Source of the DNA: an uncultured virus (IMG/VR IMGVR_UViG_2850943043_000004)
Taxonomy: Duplodnaviria > Heunggongvirae > Uroviricota > Caudoviricetes
Virus record (IMG/VR): IMGVR_UViG_2850943043_000004
Coordinates: 62,001 to 126,000 of that record
DNA: 64,000 bases
Direction: 5' to 3' (one strand)
The position numbers and the translations under genes were made by a program. Every line of letters starts with the position of its first letter. The first letter of the stretch is position 1. Shown piece after piece: positions 1 through 9,748 of this stretch. The notes beneath the pieces are model-generated. The model was not told where the DNA came from. It saw only the letters and a list, made by a program, of their open reading frames with translations, and ran no database searches.

Positions 1-189
1 AGAAGCAACTGTCAGAATTGATAAAGACCTTTTAGAGTACAGAGAAGAGATAAGCAAAGTAAAACAAGGTGATTCAGTATTAATCATGCAGCAACATAAG
101 GATAATTAAATATGCGTTATAAATAAGGGAGCGGTAAGGCAATTATCGTTCCTTATTTTCAATACAAAATTAAAATATAAGGAGAATAT

Positions 190-1406
190 ATGGAAAGAGT
201 TAAAGTGATCGATTCTATTATGGGTAGCGGTAAAACATCTGCAGCAATTGACATGATAAATAATTCAGGGACAGACGAAAATTTTATTTTCATTACACCG
301 TACTTGGATGAAGTGGATCGCATTAAGAAGAGCATAAGCAGTAAACAAATTTATGAACCTAAAGTAAAGAAGAAAGGTGACAAAACACAATATAAGTTTG
401 AGTCATTTCATGAACTTTTATCTCAGAACAAAAATATTGTTGCTACACATAATCTATTCAAAAATGCTAATGACGAAACAAAGGAGCTGATCCTTTCAGG
501 CAACTATACATTGATATTAGATGAAGTTATGGAAGTAGTTGAACAGTTACGCGTTAAGAAGCATGATCTTACTACACTATTTGAATCAAAGTTAATATAT
601 GTTGAAGACGGATTTGTCAAATGGAACGAAGAAAAAAAGGACTATGAAACTCGCTATGATGATATCCGTGATATGGCTTTAAACAATAATCTGATGTACT
701 TTAAAGATAATATATTGATTTGGAATTTTCCTGCAGATATATTCAAGTTGTTTAAAGAAGTTTACATACTTACTTACATGTTTGATGCTCAAATACAAAG
801 ATATTATTATGATATAAATAATATCAAGTATCAAAAATACGTTTCTGAATTTATAGATGGGCAGTACAGGTTTACAAAGCATAATACTGAATATGAGAGT
901 ATTCTAAAGGCTCAATTAAGAAATAAAATAAAAATATATGAAGGTAACTTGAATACAGTTGGCCAATTGGATTATTCATTATCATCTAATTGGTATAAAA
1001 ATAAATCACCATATACGATCAAGAAGGTAAAGAACAATGTATTCAATTACTTTAACAACATTGTTAAGTCATCAAGTGATGAAGCTATGTGGACGACTTA
1101 TTCAGAACACAAAAACAAAGTAAAGGGGAATGGGTATACAAAAGGGTTTGTGTCATGTAATGCAAGAGCTACCAATGATTTTAAGCACAAAAAACACTTG
1201 GTGTATACAATAAACAGATACGTTAACACTGTTCTATATAATTATTTTAAAGAGAAATATCAAATAACAATTGATCAAGATGCATTTGCATTATCCGAAT
1301 TAGTACAATGGATTTGGAGATCTGCAATAAGAGATGGTGAAGAAATAACATTATACATACCTTCATTAAGGATGAGGGGTTACTCGTTGATTGGTTAAAT
1401 GGGTAG
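190..1406 (+). CDS. yonV: YonV-like P-loop protein (SF2 helicase-like)
   Basis: GSGKT Walker A, ILDEV Walker B, QWIWRSAIR motif; probable 1-nt loss in the G run near 1377 (restored end LLVDWLNG*). Confidence 0.7.
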
Positions 1407-1617
1407 TTAAAGAGAATAAACCTCTTAAACTCTAAAAAAAGCTCAGTAATACCAAGGTTTTTCCCGTCTAAGTCTTTAAGAGAGACAAAAATAAATTAAA
1501 TGATAAAATAAGAGAATGGGGGTGCTGCTAATTGTTCAAAACGGTTCGTTCCTCACCTGAACAATTTTTGCTCACACCACCCCCAAACCCCCTCATGAGC
1601 CAATATTTTAGAGTGTA

Positions 1618-1645
1618 TGATAAAAATAAAAAATATGTATAATAA
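1618..1645 (+). promoter_or_regulatory. SPbeta repeated element (SPBRE, MrpR operator) near a promoter
   Basis: AAAAATATGTATAAT core shared with 7 other upstream regions. Confidence 0.7.
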
Positions 1646-1745
1646 ATTGTTGATAATTATGGATAATCAGGTTATAATAAAATTAACAAATACAAAAAAT
1701 ATAAACATTATAAAATGCATATTTTAAACAGAAAGGAATTTAAAA

Positions 1746-1937
1746 ATGAGGAAACGTTTAATTGGTCAATACTTACGTGCTGTGCAAAATCGAAAACATA
1801 AAAAAGGTAATATGAATGAATTTGAAATAGCAGGCCAGTATTTATGTCGCATTAAGGAATTTCAATGGGATTCTTCTATGGATGAAAATAAGGATTTTTG
1901 GATGAAAGTTAAGAAATTAGTTGATGAAAATAGATGA
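1746..1937 (+). CDS. hypothetical protein
   Basis: ORF with AAAGGA RBS. Confidence 0.6.
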   Translation: MRKRLIGQYLRAVQNRKHKKGNMNEFEIAGQYLCRIKEFQWDSSMDENKDFWMKVKKLVDENR

Positions 1938-1980
1938 AGATAGTTTGTAAGTTATATGCTCCCAATTAAGTGTTTGTGAG

Positions 1981-2169
1981 GTGTTTTCTTTGTTTCATTC
2001 ATGGAAGAGTGTTTTGATTAGTATCGTTGTTATATTTGTGCTTGGTCTGGTGCTTTCAGCTATTGCTACATTTGTTCCAGGTGGTGGTCTTATTGCACCA
2101 TGGTTATATTTCATTAGTGGTGTAGTTTATATGATGTTTTTAATAAGAAGAAAATTTAAATCTCAATAA
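1981..2169 (+). CDS. small two-TM membrane protein
   Basis: 62 aa, hydrophobic, basic C-terminus. Confidence 0.55.
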   Translation: MFSLFHSWKSVLISIVVIFVLGLVLSAIATFVPGGGLIAPWLYFISGVVYMMFLIRRKFKSQ

Positions 2170-2247
2170 AACATGGATTTTAAAGTGATTTTAAGGAGGC
2201 ATCTAGACAATGTTGAAGAAGCTTTTAACATGAAAGGTGTTATAAAC

Positions 2248-2631
2248 ATGCAAATTTTAAGGATCTTTATTGTTCATGTCTTGTCTGCATTATCAGCTGC
2301 TGTTGTTTATGTTTTGGGCATTGATTATGATGGTTATATTCCGTACTTCTTAATAAGTGTTATTCTCTTTATCTTCTATTTAATCTTTGCTGCACCTGTT
2401 CAATATTTCTTGAATCGCAATCCAAAAAGGTTTAGCCTGAATTATTTGCTTACATACATATTCTTTTCCTTTTTAGTGTGGTTAATCTTTGCTATAACTA
2501 CTGACCCAAAAACCACAATAGACTTTCTAATGGGATATGAAATTTACTTATTTAGCATTTCCTTTGCTGTAATCTTTTGGATCTGGGATTCAGTTTTTCT
2601 GCAAAACAAGGCAAAGAAAGCAGTTAAGTAA
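2248..2631 (+). CDS. UPF0715 (YopD-like) membrane protein
   Basis: Four hydrophobic segments, AAPVQYFL motif; start MQILR after AAAGGTG RBS. Confidence 0.6.
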   Translation: MQILRIFIVHVLSALSAAVVYVLGIDYDGYIPYFLISVILFIFYLIFAAPVQYFLNRNPKRFSLNYLLTYIFFSFLVWLIFAITTDPKTTIDFLMGYEIYLFSISFAVIFWIWDSVFLQNKAKKAVK

Positions 2632-2719
2632 GAACGTCATAAAATTTCTTCCTTATTAAGAAAAAGACTATCCTTTAATTACCAATTTATATTACAATTG
2701 GAATAAAAGGGGAGAGGGA

Positions 2720-3151
2720 ATGAAAAAATTAATCGCTCTGACTATGATTTGCCTTGGCTTTATGTCGAGTTTTAGTATTCCAAATGCCGAGGCAAAGCTT
2801 ACATTAGAGTACAAAAATGTTAACTTTCACATGAGTGAGGATTCAGAAAGTTTTTCTATGGCAGATTATTTTGATCGTGATTATGACCGTACTTGGCTAT
2901 TTTACAAATTCACAATTCGCAATGCTGAAGGTTGTACTCTAAATATGAAAATCAGCAGAATTACTCTTGCTGGCTGGGTATTCCCACGTAGTGAGAAAGA
3001 ATTTACCGGAAATTATTTAGACTATACAGACCGAGTAGAAGGAGATGCTAATCGTAATCACGTGTTAGAGATTACAAAGAATCCAGGTTGTGGAGATGTT
3101 TGGATAAACGGTATTTATGGATTTGAACATGAAGAGCCTGATGAGTATTAA
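2720..3151 (+). CDS. secreted hypothetical protein
   Basis: Signal peptide MKKLIALTMICLGF..AEA; followed by hairpin GGCCAAGG/CCTTGGCC. Confidence 0.75.
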   Translation: MKKLIALTMICLGFMSSFSIPNAEAKLTLEYKNVNFHMSEDSESFSMADYFDRDYDRTWLFYKFTIRNAEGCTLNMKISRITLAGWVFPRSEKEFTGNYLDYTDRVEGDANRNHVLEITKNPGCGDVWINGIYGFEHEEPDEY

Positions 3152-3241
3152 ATTCAGCGAGGCCAAGGAGAAAAAAGCCTTGGCCATTATTATTTATTTA
3201 ATGATCATTTTAAGTGATCAGAAATAACCAAAGGTGAGAAC

Positions 3242-3462
3242 ATGATTAAATAAATTTAAAGCCCATAATAGACGAAAGAAAGATCAGTATACGGAAGCTA
3301 TCCAGAGATATTGATCATGAGTATCCGACCGTCAGAAAGCTTTATAATGACGAAATGGAGCGGTATCCAAGAGAGCTACTGGATAAAGTCTGTACATACC
3401 TAAACATCGAGCTGCAGGAATTGCTGATATTCGAAAAAAGCCATAACCATATCGATGGATAA
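3242..3462 (+). CDS. yopB: Xre-family HTH regulator (YopB-like), frameshifted at the 5' A run
   Basis: Restored: [36 protein letters not shown]..; TGATCA-N7-TGATCA palindrome upstream (3202-3220). Confidence 0.7.
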
Positions 3463-3534
3463 AGATGAAAATGGTATACTAAAGTTGCAGAGATAGGAAA
3501 CATTTACATATTACTTAAGAGGATGGTTTAAAAT

Positions 3535-3768
3535 ATGCCAAAAAATTATAGTGAAAGAGGCTTTGCCATATATGAAGAGTTCAGTGACACTCAACAAACA
3601 ATTGTTAAAGTTCAAAAAAGCTCTTTAGCTGAAGAGAATTGCGTTTTCATTCTTGGGAATAACGATATAAGTAGTCATCCAGATAAGTATTTTCCTCCTC
3701 ATTTAAATGTAGAGCAAGCTAAGCGTGTTATTAAAGCGTTGCAAGAGTTTGTTAGGGATAATGAATAA
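3535..3768 (+). CDS. hypothetical phage protein
   Basis: ORF with RBS. Confidence 0.6.
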   Translation: MPKNYSERGFAIYEEFSDTQQTIVKVQKSSLAEENCVFILGNNDISSHPDKYFPPHLNVEQAKRVIKALQEFVRDNE

Positions 3769-3814
3769 ACTAAGTTTCAATAAAATCGTACTTTTAACTA
3801 GATAGGGGTGCAAC

Positions 3815-4090
3815 ATGCAACTAATCAATGACACAATTATTCTAACTAAAGAAATGAAAGATATTTTAGGTGATGTGGTGGAATATGCATACATTAAAAA
3901 GCCTTCCTGGTCAAGTAAACAAGATTTTGAAGGAGTTTACTCAGAGGTGTTGGGACAAAAGGCAAGAATAGAGCCAGTTGATTCCTACCCGATTTTCGTT
4001 AAATTAACAAACGACAAAACATTTACACTGTGGTCATCTGAGTGGGGCGGAATAAGATCTGAAACGGAAAAAGAATACTTAAATGATTAA
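3815..4090 (+). CDS. hypothetical protein
   Basis: ORF with RBS, bracketed by palindromic junction sites at 3781 and 4102. Confidence 0.6.
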   Translation: MQLINDTIILTKEMKDILGDVVEYAYIKKPSWSSKQDFEGVYSEVLGQKARIEPVDSYPIFVKLTNDKTFTLWSSEWGGIRSETEKEYLND

Positions 4091-4137
4091 AGTAATTAAG
4101 TTAAAATCATTCTTTTATTTTAATTGGAGGGGTACAT

Positions 4138-4771
4138 ATGGGCATACTCAACTTTTTCAAGAACAAAGTTAAAAATGAACAGCATGAGAATAGAAATAAT
4201 AGTATTAACACTGTTGAGGTTAATAACGAAACAGAGGTGGCGCCAAAAAAAGAAAATTTCCCAATCTTGATTCAAGAAACAGTCTCAAGGAAGTATGAAG
4301 AAAAGTCTGCATTTTCGAATATATAGACTTTGAAGTTGCAGGAACATCCCACTATCAAAAAGATATTAAGAAAGCTATCAAGACCGAGGATGAAGATAGC
4401 TTTTCTTTGATGAAAAATATGATGGAATGACAAATAAAGAGATTCTAGAATCAACTTTTGATGAGCCGATATTTATTTATCATAATGCCCTTTTCTCAAA
4501 TTGTGAATTGCGGTTAGAAGAGAACAACAAGTACGATCCGGAAGCTATAGCTGTCTATGTAAATGATTGCAAAGTAGGGCATGTTCCTAAAAAAAATTTT
4601 CAAGAAGGCAAGAAATACATTTACGATCAGTTAAAGAGTGGTATAAGGCACCCCATATCAGCAAGTTTGTATGGAGGAAAATATAAAGTTAACCGTGATG
4701 ATACAAAGATTGAAACAGGTGAAACAGATTATAAAATTGAGTGTCAAATAGTGATTAAAACAGACAAATAG
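4138..4771 (+). CDS. HIRAN-domain protein (split by frameshifts)
   Basis: E.NKYDPEAIAVY....VGHVP HIRAN signature in 4427..4771; N-terminal part in 4138..4326. Confidence 0.7.
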
Positions 4772-4799
4772 ATAAGATTTTTAAGGGGGTGGTAAATAT

Positions 4800-5030
4800 A
4801 TGGCAGCCAAAATGATAACTGTCTGGTACAAATACGATGATAAAGGTAACGAAGTAAAACTGAATCATATTGAAGATGGATGGGTGAACGGAGAATATCC
4901 AAAGCCAATAGATCCGTCATTCACCAATCAAGAAGCATGGAAGAAAAGTTCCTGGGAAAGGAAACATGCTTACTTAGATGAACGATATCAAGTATTGAGC
5001 GTTCCACCAGCTTATTGGGGTGAAAATTGA
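4800..5030 (+). CDS. hypothetical protein
   Basis: ORF with RBS. Confidence 0.6.
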   Translation: MAAKMITVWYKYDDKGNEVKLNHIEDGWVNGEYPKPIDPSFTNQEAWKKSSWERKHAYLDERYQVLSVPPAYWGEN

Positions 5031-5084
5031 CAAAAAGTAAAAGAGATGTAAAAGGGATAACTAGTAAGTGAGGGGTGTTTTAAG

Positions 5085-5597
5085 TTGAGATCATGGAATT
5101 CAGAAGAAAAAGTTAAAGCTACATTTAACAGTGATGAAGAAACAAAAAGGCTTTATCGCTATATGTTAGACTGCGAATGGGATGGAGCGTTGAATAAAGT
5201 TGCCTTTATTATGCTCAATCCGAGCATTGCAGACACTTCTGTATGTGATAAAACTCTAAACCGTTGTGTGAACTTTTCGAAATCATGGGGATATGGAGGA
5301 ATGGTTATTGTGAACCTATTCGCTTATATCTCTCCGCATCCTCAAGATTTAAAAAAGGTAGACGACCCTATTGGAGAAAACAATAATGAGTACTTACTAG
5401 ATGCAGCTAATATGGCTGATAAGATCATTTTAGCTTGGGGTAATACCTTTCACGGTAAAGTGTTTAAAAGTAGAGAAAAAGAGGTGTCAGAGTTGCTGAA
5501 AGGACATTCTTGTTACTGTATCAAGAAAACAAAGGATAATAAGTTTCCAAGACATCCATTGTACTTAAGCAGTGAACTAAAACCTATTCCGTATTGA
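5085..5597 (+). CDS. DUF1643 family protein
   Basis: YRY.L, FIMLNPS.AD, WGYGG..IVNLFA, AWG and PRHPLY motifs. Confidence 0.8.
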   Translation: MRSWNSEEKVKATFNSDEETKRLYRYMLDCEWDGALNKVAFIMLNPSIADTSVCDKTLNRCVNFSKSWGYGGMVIVNLFAYISPHPQDLKKVDDPIGENNNEYLLDAANMADKIILAWGNTFHGKVFKSREKEVSELLKGHSCYCIKKTKDNKFPRHPLYLSSELKPIPY

Positions 5598-5690
5598 TGA
5601 TAATAATGGTTGAAAGAAGGTAGGTGAGCAAATGATTAAAGTTTACACAATAGGCATAGATATCAGCGAAATAGAAAAAGAGCAATTAGT

Positions 5691-5870
5691 TTAAATGCTC
5701 TTTTTCATTCCACATCGCCGACACTCACGCAAGAATATTCCACTCTTCACAGAGCTTTTGAACAGTGTGTAATCGCAATTGTCACAGCGGCCGTACTTTA
5801 CATCAGGATACTCTTTGTAATCATAAACGATTGAAGTATCATACCCGTTTGTTTCGTATTTCTCTTCCAC
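5691..5870 (-). CDS. 59-aa zinc-ribbon protein (YoyH-like)
   Basis: Manual translation MEEKYETNGY..RCDNC..ECRRCGMKKSI; AGGTGA RBS; below the ORF-track cutoff. Confidence 0.7.
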   Translation of the reverse strand: MEEKYETNGYDTSIVYDYKEYPDVKYGRCDNCDYTLFKSSVKSGIFLRECRRCGMKKSI

Positions 5871-5939
5871 AAGATCACCTACATAATTTATTCACATACT
5901 CAAGAATACCAAATTTCGTTCGATATAGGGAGGGAACAA

Positions 5940-6189
5940 ATGATTGGATTAGCTTATTTTTTAATTATCTGGCTTGGAGTTGGATTATTGACCGGCATTA
6001 AGTTTATTTTATTGATCAGGTCTATGATGAGGAGTTTAAAGAACTCATGGATAAAGAAACAGCAGCGGGCATGGAAAGGAATTTGGCCAGCCTGTTTTTC
6101 AAAAATAAGCTTAATGTGATTGCTTTTTTATGTTAATTGGTTTACTGCCATTGGCAATGAGGATTACAAAATTATTTAAAAGAGGTTGA
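5940..6189 (+). CDS. yopE: YopE-like membrane protein (frameshifted)
   Basis: MIGLAYFLIIWLGVGLLTGIK..; 1-nt loss in the T run near 6125. Confidence 0.65.
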
Positions 6190-6192
6190 TTT

Positions 6193-6408
6193 ATGCCTTT
6201 GATTGATTATTTTTATGTACTGCAGTTTGAAAACAAGGAATACTTTAAAGCATTTAAATTAGATGAGAGTGGTTATTTGACATCTAGCGACCTCCATGAA
6301 GCTTCTAAAATGCATAATATGTTAGAAGTCATCGAGGTAGCAAGTGAGCTTAAAACGAAGTGTAATGTGCAATGTGAGGTAAGGGAAATTCAAGTCGTAA
6401 AGCGTTAG
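6193..6408 (+). CDS. yopF: YopF-like protein
   Basis: 71 aa, syntenic. Confidence 0.65.
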   Translation: MPLIDYFYVLQFENKEYFKAFKLDESGYLTSSDLHEASKMHNMLEVIEVASELKTKCNVQCEVREIQVVKR

Positions 6409-6418
6409 GAGTGTTCAG

Positions 6419-6529
6419 GTGTATTGGATAGAGTGGATTGAGAATGGAGAAAAGAAAAACATTGTTGCAGAAGGTTGGATTGAATGGGCTGCTATACTTG
6501 AAGACTTGTATCAAAAGCGGTTAGAGTAA
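6419..6529 (+). CDS. YopG-like small protein (36 aa, possibly truncated)
   Basis: MYWIEWIENGEKKNIVAEGWIEWAAILEDLYQKRLE. Confidence 0.55.
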   Translation: MYWIEWIENGEKKNIVAEGWIEWAAILEDLYQKRLE

Positions 6530-6940
6530 AATAAGTTTTCGATTAGAGAGGGAAATTTATATGGAAAAATAGACAAGAAAAACAAAATGTATTAGATGAT
6601 AAATTGAAAAATTCTTTGATTTCGGAGTACAAAAATGGGATCAGTGTTTCGGTAGGTCTTCATTTTGTAGAAAATGGGGACATTTTGTTGATTTTGGCGA
6701 ATTTGAAAGCAAAGGAATTAAGCATAATAAAATGTTGGCTACTATTAGTAACAGAGAAGACTCTGTGAACTATCATCCTAATCTTTACTCAAAGATAAAG
6801 AGGTTATTAAAAGCATATGGTAAACCTGTGCCTAATGAAAAAGGGAAGCTTGAAAATTAGTTCGCAATTTAAGGAAATTAGTTCTCAAATTTTTTCAAAA
6901 GTGTCCGATATACAATATATAGAAAAGGAGTGTAGGCTAA

Positions 6941-7033
6941 GTGAAATCAGAAAATATTAAGACGGCGCTATCTATTGGAGTGGTTTTGGCTGGCGCTGCC
7001 ATAAAGGTTATTGATATCCTAAAGAAAAACTAA
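6941..7033 (+). CDS. 30-aa hydrophobic peptide
   Basis: AAAGGAG RBS; MKSENIKTALSIGVVLAGAAIKVIDILKKN. Confidence 0.55.
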   Translation: MKSENIKTALSIGVVLAGAAIKVIDILKKN

Positions 7034-7048
7034 ATTGGAGGTATCTAA

Positions 7049-7186
7049 ATGGGTAGACCAGAACTATCAAAAGTTTGCCAAAGATGTAAACAAGACAAAC
7101 CTTTATCTGAGTATTATAATAACAAGACTAAACCGGATTATAGGAATGGAATTTGTAAGAAGTGCCAAAAGGAAGTCAATGCATAA
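7049..7186 (+). CDS. 45-aa CxxC..CxxC zinc-finger protein
   Basis: GGAGG RBS; MGRPELSKVCQRCKQDKPLSEYY..GICKKCQKEVNA; followed by hairpin AGGCCAG/CTGGCCT. Confidence 0.65.
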   Translation: MGRPELSKVCQRCKQDKPLSEYYNNKTKPDYRNGICKKCQKEVNA

Positions 7187-7242
7187 AATTTAGGCCAGTT
7201 TTAGAGCTGGCCTTCTAAATAAAATAGGAATTTTAAAGAGAA

Positions 7243-7300
7243 TACAAATGCAAAAAATATGTATAAAATAATTGACTCGTAATGTGATCTATAGTATTAT
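7243..7300 (+). promoter_or_regulatory. SPBRE plus sigma-A promoter of aimR
   Basis: AAAAATATGTATA, then TTGACT(7272)-17 bp-TATTAT(7295). Confidence 0.75.
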
Positions 7301-7343
7301 TAAGTTAACCAATAAAGACAACAAAAAGAAATGAGGGGAAATA

Positions 7344-8503
7344 ATGGAGTTAATAAGGATAGCTATGAAGAAAGACTTGGAAAATGACAACTCTTTAATG
7401 AATAAATGGGCAACAGTAGCTGGCCTTAAAAACCCCAATCCTCTTTATGACTTCTTAAACCATGATGGGAAAACATTTAATGAATTTCTTCAATAGTCAA
7501 CATTGTTAAGAGTCAGTATCCAGACCGTGAATATGAATTTATGAAAGATTACTGTTTAAACCTAGATGTAAAGACAAAGGCAGCAAGAAGTGCATTGGAG
7601 TATGCTGATGCAAATATGTTTTTTGAAATAGAGGATGCTTTAATAGATTCAATGATTTCTTGCAGCAATATGAAAAGTAAAGAATATGGAAAAGTGTATA
7701 AAATACATAGAGAACTGTCTAACAGTGTTATTACTGAATTTGAGGCAGTGAAAAGACTCGGTAAATTAAATATAAAAACACCTGAAATGAATTCTTTCTC
7801 AAGACTTTTGCTGCTTTATCATTATTTAAGCACTGGTAACTTTTCTCCGATGGCCCAACTTATAAAACAAATTGACCTAAGTGAGATTTCTGAGAACATG
7901 TACATTAGAAATACATATCAAACAAGAGTTCATGTTCTAATGTCTAATATAAAGCTAAATGAAAATTCATTAGAGGAGTGCAGAGAGTACTCTAAAAAGG
8001 CATTGGAAAGTACAAATATCCTGAGATTTCAGGTTTTCAGCTACTTAACTATTGGCAACTCTCTATTATTTTCGAATTATGAATTGGCTCAAGAAAACTT
8101 TTTAAAAGGGCTAAGCGTTTCTGTTCAAAATGAAAATTACAACATGATTTTCCAACAGGCTTTGTGCTTCTTAAATAATGTATGGCGCAAAGAAAATAAG
8201 TGGATTAATTTTGAATCTGAGTCAATTATGGATTTGCAGGAGCAAGCTCATTGTTTTATCAACTTTAATGAAAATTCCAAAGCAAAAGAAGTTTTGGATA
8301 AACTAGATCTTTTAGTTCACAACGATAATGAGCTTGCAATGCATTATTATTTGAAAGGAAGACTCGAACAAAATAAAGCATGTTTCTATTCTTCAATCGA
8401 GTATTTTAAAAAGTCTAATGACAAATTCCTTATTAGGCTGCCACTGTTAGAACTGCAAAAGATGGGTGAAAATCAAAAACTTTTAGAATTACTTTTACTT
8501 TAA
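7344..8503 (+). CDS. aimR: arbitrium receptor AimR (YopK), SPbeta type; apparent frameshift near 7487
   Basis: N-terminus MELIRIAMKKDLENDNSLMNKWATVAGLKNPNPLYDFLNHDGK joins ORF 7541..8503 (TPR region) if one T is restored. Confidence 0.95.
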
Positions 8504-8516
8504 AGGAGGTGAGACA

Positions 8517-8642
8517 ATGAAAAAACTTATTATGGCTTTAGTTATCTTGGGCGCACTAGGCACTTCTTTCATAAGTGCAGACTCTTCAATCCAACAAGCT
8601 TCAGGTGATTATGAGGTTGCTGGAATGCCACGTGGAGCATAA
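8517..8642 (+). CDS. aimP: arbitrium pro-peptide AimP (YopL); mature peptide GMPRGA
   Basis: MKKLIMALVILGALGTSFISADSSIQQASGDYEVAGMPRGA; AAAGGAGGT RBS. Confidence 0.97.
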   Translation: MKKLIMALVILGALGTSFISADSSIQQASGDYEVAGMPRGA

Positions 8643-8705
8643 AATCCATTGACACATAAAGTTATTAGTATTATTATTTATTTAATTAAATTAAACAGAG
8701 AAAAG

Positions 8706-8741
8706 GAAGACGTTTGGCTCTTTTGAGCTAAGCGTCTTTTG
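8706..8741 (+). terminator. hairpin terminator after aimP
   Basis: AAGACGTTTGGCTC-TTTT-GAGCTAAGCGTCTT-TT. Confidence 0.7.
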
Positions 8742-8754
8742 TAGTTTTAAGGCC

Positions 8755-8791
8755 ATCACTTAAATATTAGGTTTTAATAACATCTAGTGAT
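8755..8791. promoter_or_regulatory. AimR operator (aimX region)
   Basis: ATCACT-N25-AGTGAT inverted repeat, the established SPbeta AimR site architecture. Confidence 0.9.
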
Positions 8792-8927
8792 CAACTTCAA
8801 ATACATACACCCTAATTAAATGAAATGCATTACAAATCAGCACATTCGCAAAAAAAATTGCGTAGAATGTGCTATTTGTCGTTAAAAAATCTTTACTTCC
8901 CTTTTGTAATGCATTACAATTGCTATA

Positions 8928-8953
8928 GATGAAAAAGATAAAAATATGTATAT
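8928..8953 (+). promoter_or_regulatory. SPBRE upstream of yopM
   Basis: AAAGATAAAAATATGTATATA. Confidence 0.7.
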
Positions 8954-8967
8954 AGGAGGTTGGTGGT

Positions 8968-9167
8968 ATGTCCGCAATTAGTTACTTAAAAAACAGTATG
9001 ACAATGCATAAAACCATTTACCAAAAGAAAGTTGAAAGCTTAGTTAAAAATGATTTGTTTTTTCATGAAAAAAGCATTGAAAAGTCAAAATAATGAAGAA
9101 TGAAAATGTTCGAAAACAACTAACTAAAGGATACATGAAATTGCTAAGCGAATACAAGGAGGATTAA
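8968..9167 (+). CDS. yopM: YopM (frameshifted in an A run)
   Basis: [33 protein letters not shown]. Confidence 0.75.
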
Positions 9168-9487
9168 TGATGCATGTTGTAGAACTTAGGTCTACAAATC
9201 ATAAAGATATTGATGCCGATTTTGTTTTAAATGCTAAACAAACTTACATAGAGAGTGTACTAAACATTAGGAAAATGATTGTTAATGCAAAAACTGAAGA
9301 TGATCTACATGGTGCAAAAATAGAGATAGCAGCATTATTAAAAGATCTAAATAGAGTATTATTAGGTGGAGATGGATTAAAAAGAAGCATTGAAAATAAT
9401 CCGCATTTTAGATCCCTAATACATTTTGTGAAGAATTTAAAACGACACATTGCAATTGAATTTGAAGAGTTTATTTATCAACCATAA
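9167..9487 (+). CDS. yopN: YopN, lysogeny-promoting protein of the repression operon
   Basis: About 105 aa, syntenic after aimP/yopM. Confidence 0.8.
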
Positions 9488-9535
9488 CATATACGCACTA
9501 CAGTCTATAGTATACATAAAAAATAGGAGGTTGAC

Positions 9536-9748
9536 ATGTCAGAGCGAATAAAACAGCTAATGGTCAAACGTGGCATCACAATAGAGGAATTGTCGAGGGA
9601 GACAATGATTGATATTCAGAAATTAAACAAAATCATTGAAATGCCAGATGAATCAGATGTTACAACCATAAAGCTTATCGCTCTGGTATTGAATGTCTCT
9701 ATTGATGAGTTATTGGATGAGAAAGGAGGAGAAGATAATGCAAAATAA
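9536..9748 (+). CDS. yopO: Xre HTH regulator YopO
   Basis: HTH_3 pattern, 70 aa. Confidence 0.8.
   Translation: MSERIKQLMVKRGITIEELSRETMIDIQKLNKIIEMPDESDVTTIKLIALVLNVSIDELLDEKGGEDNAK

Noticed and set aside
5765..6001. Plus-strand 78-aa ORF
   Set aside because: It is the shadow of the minus-strand zinc-ribbon gene 5691..5870 and overlaps yopE
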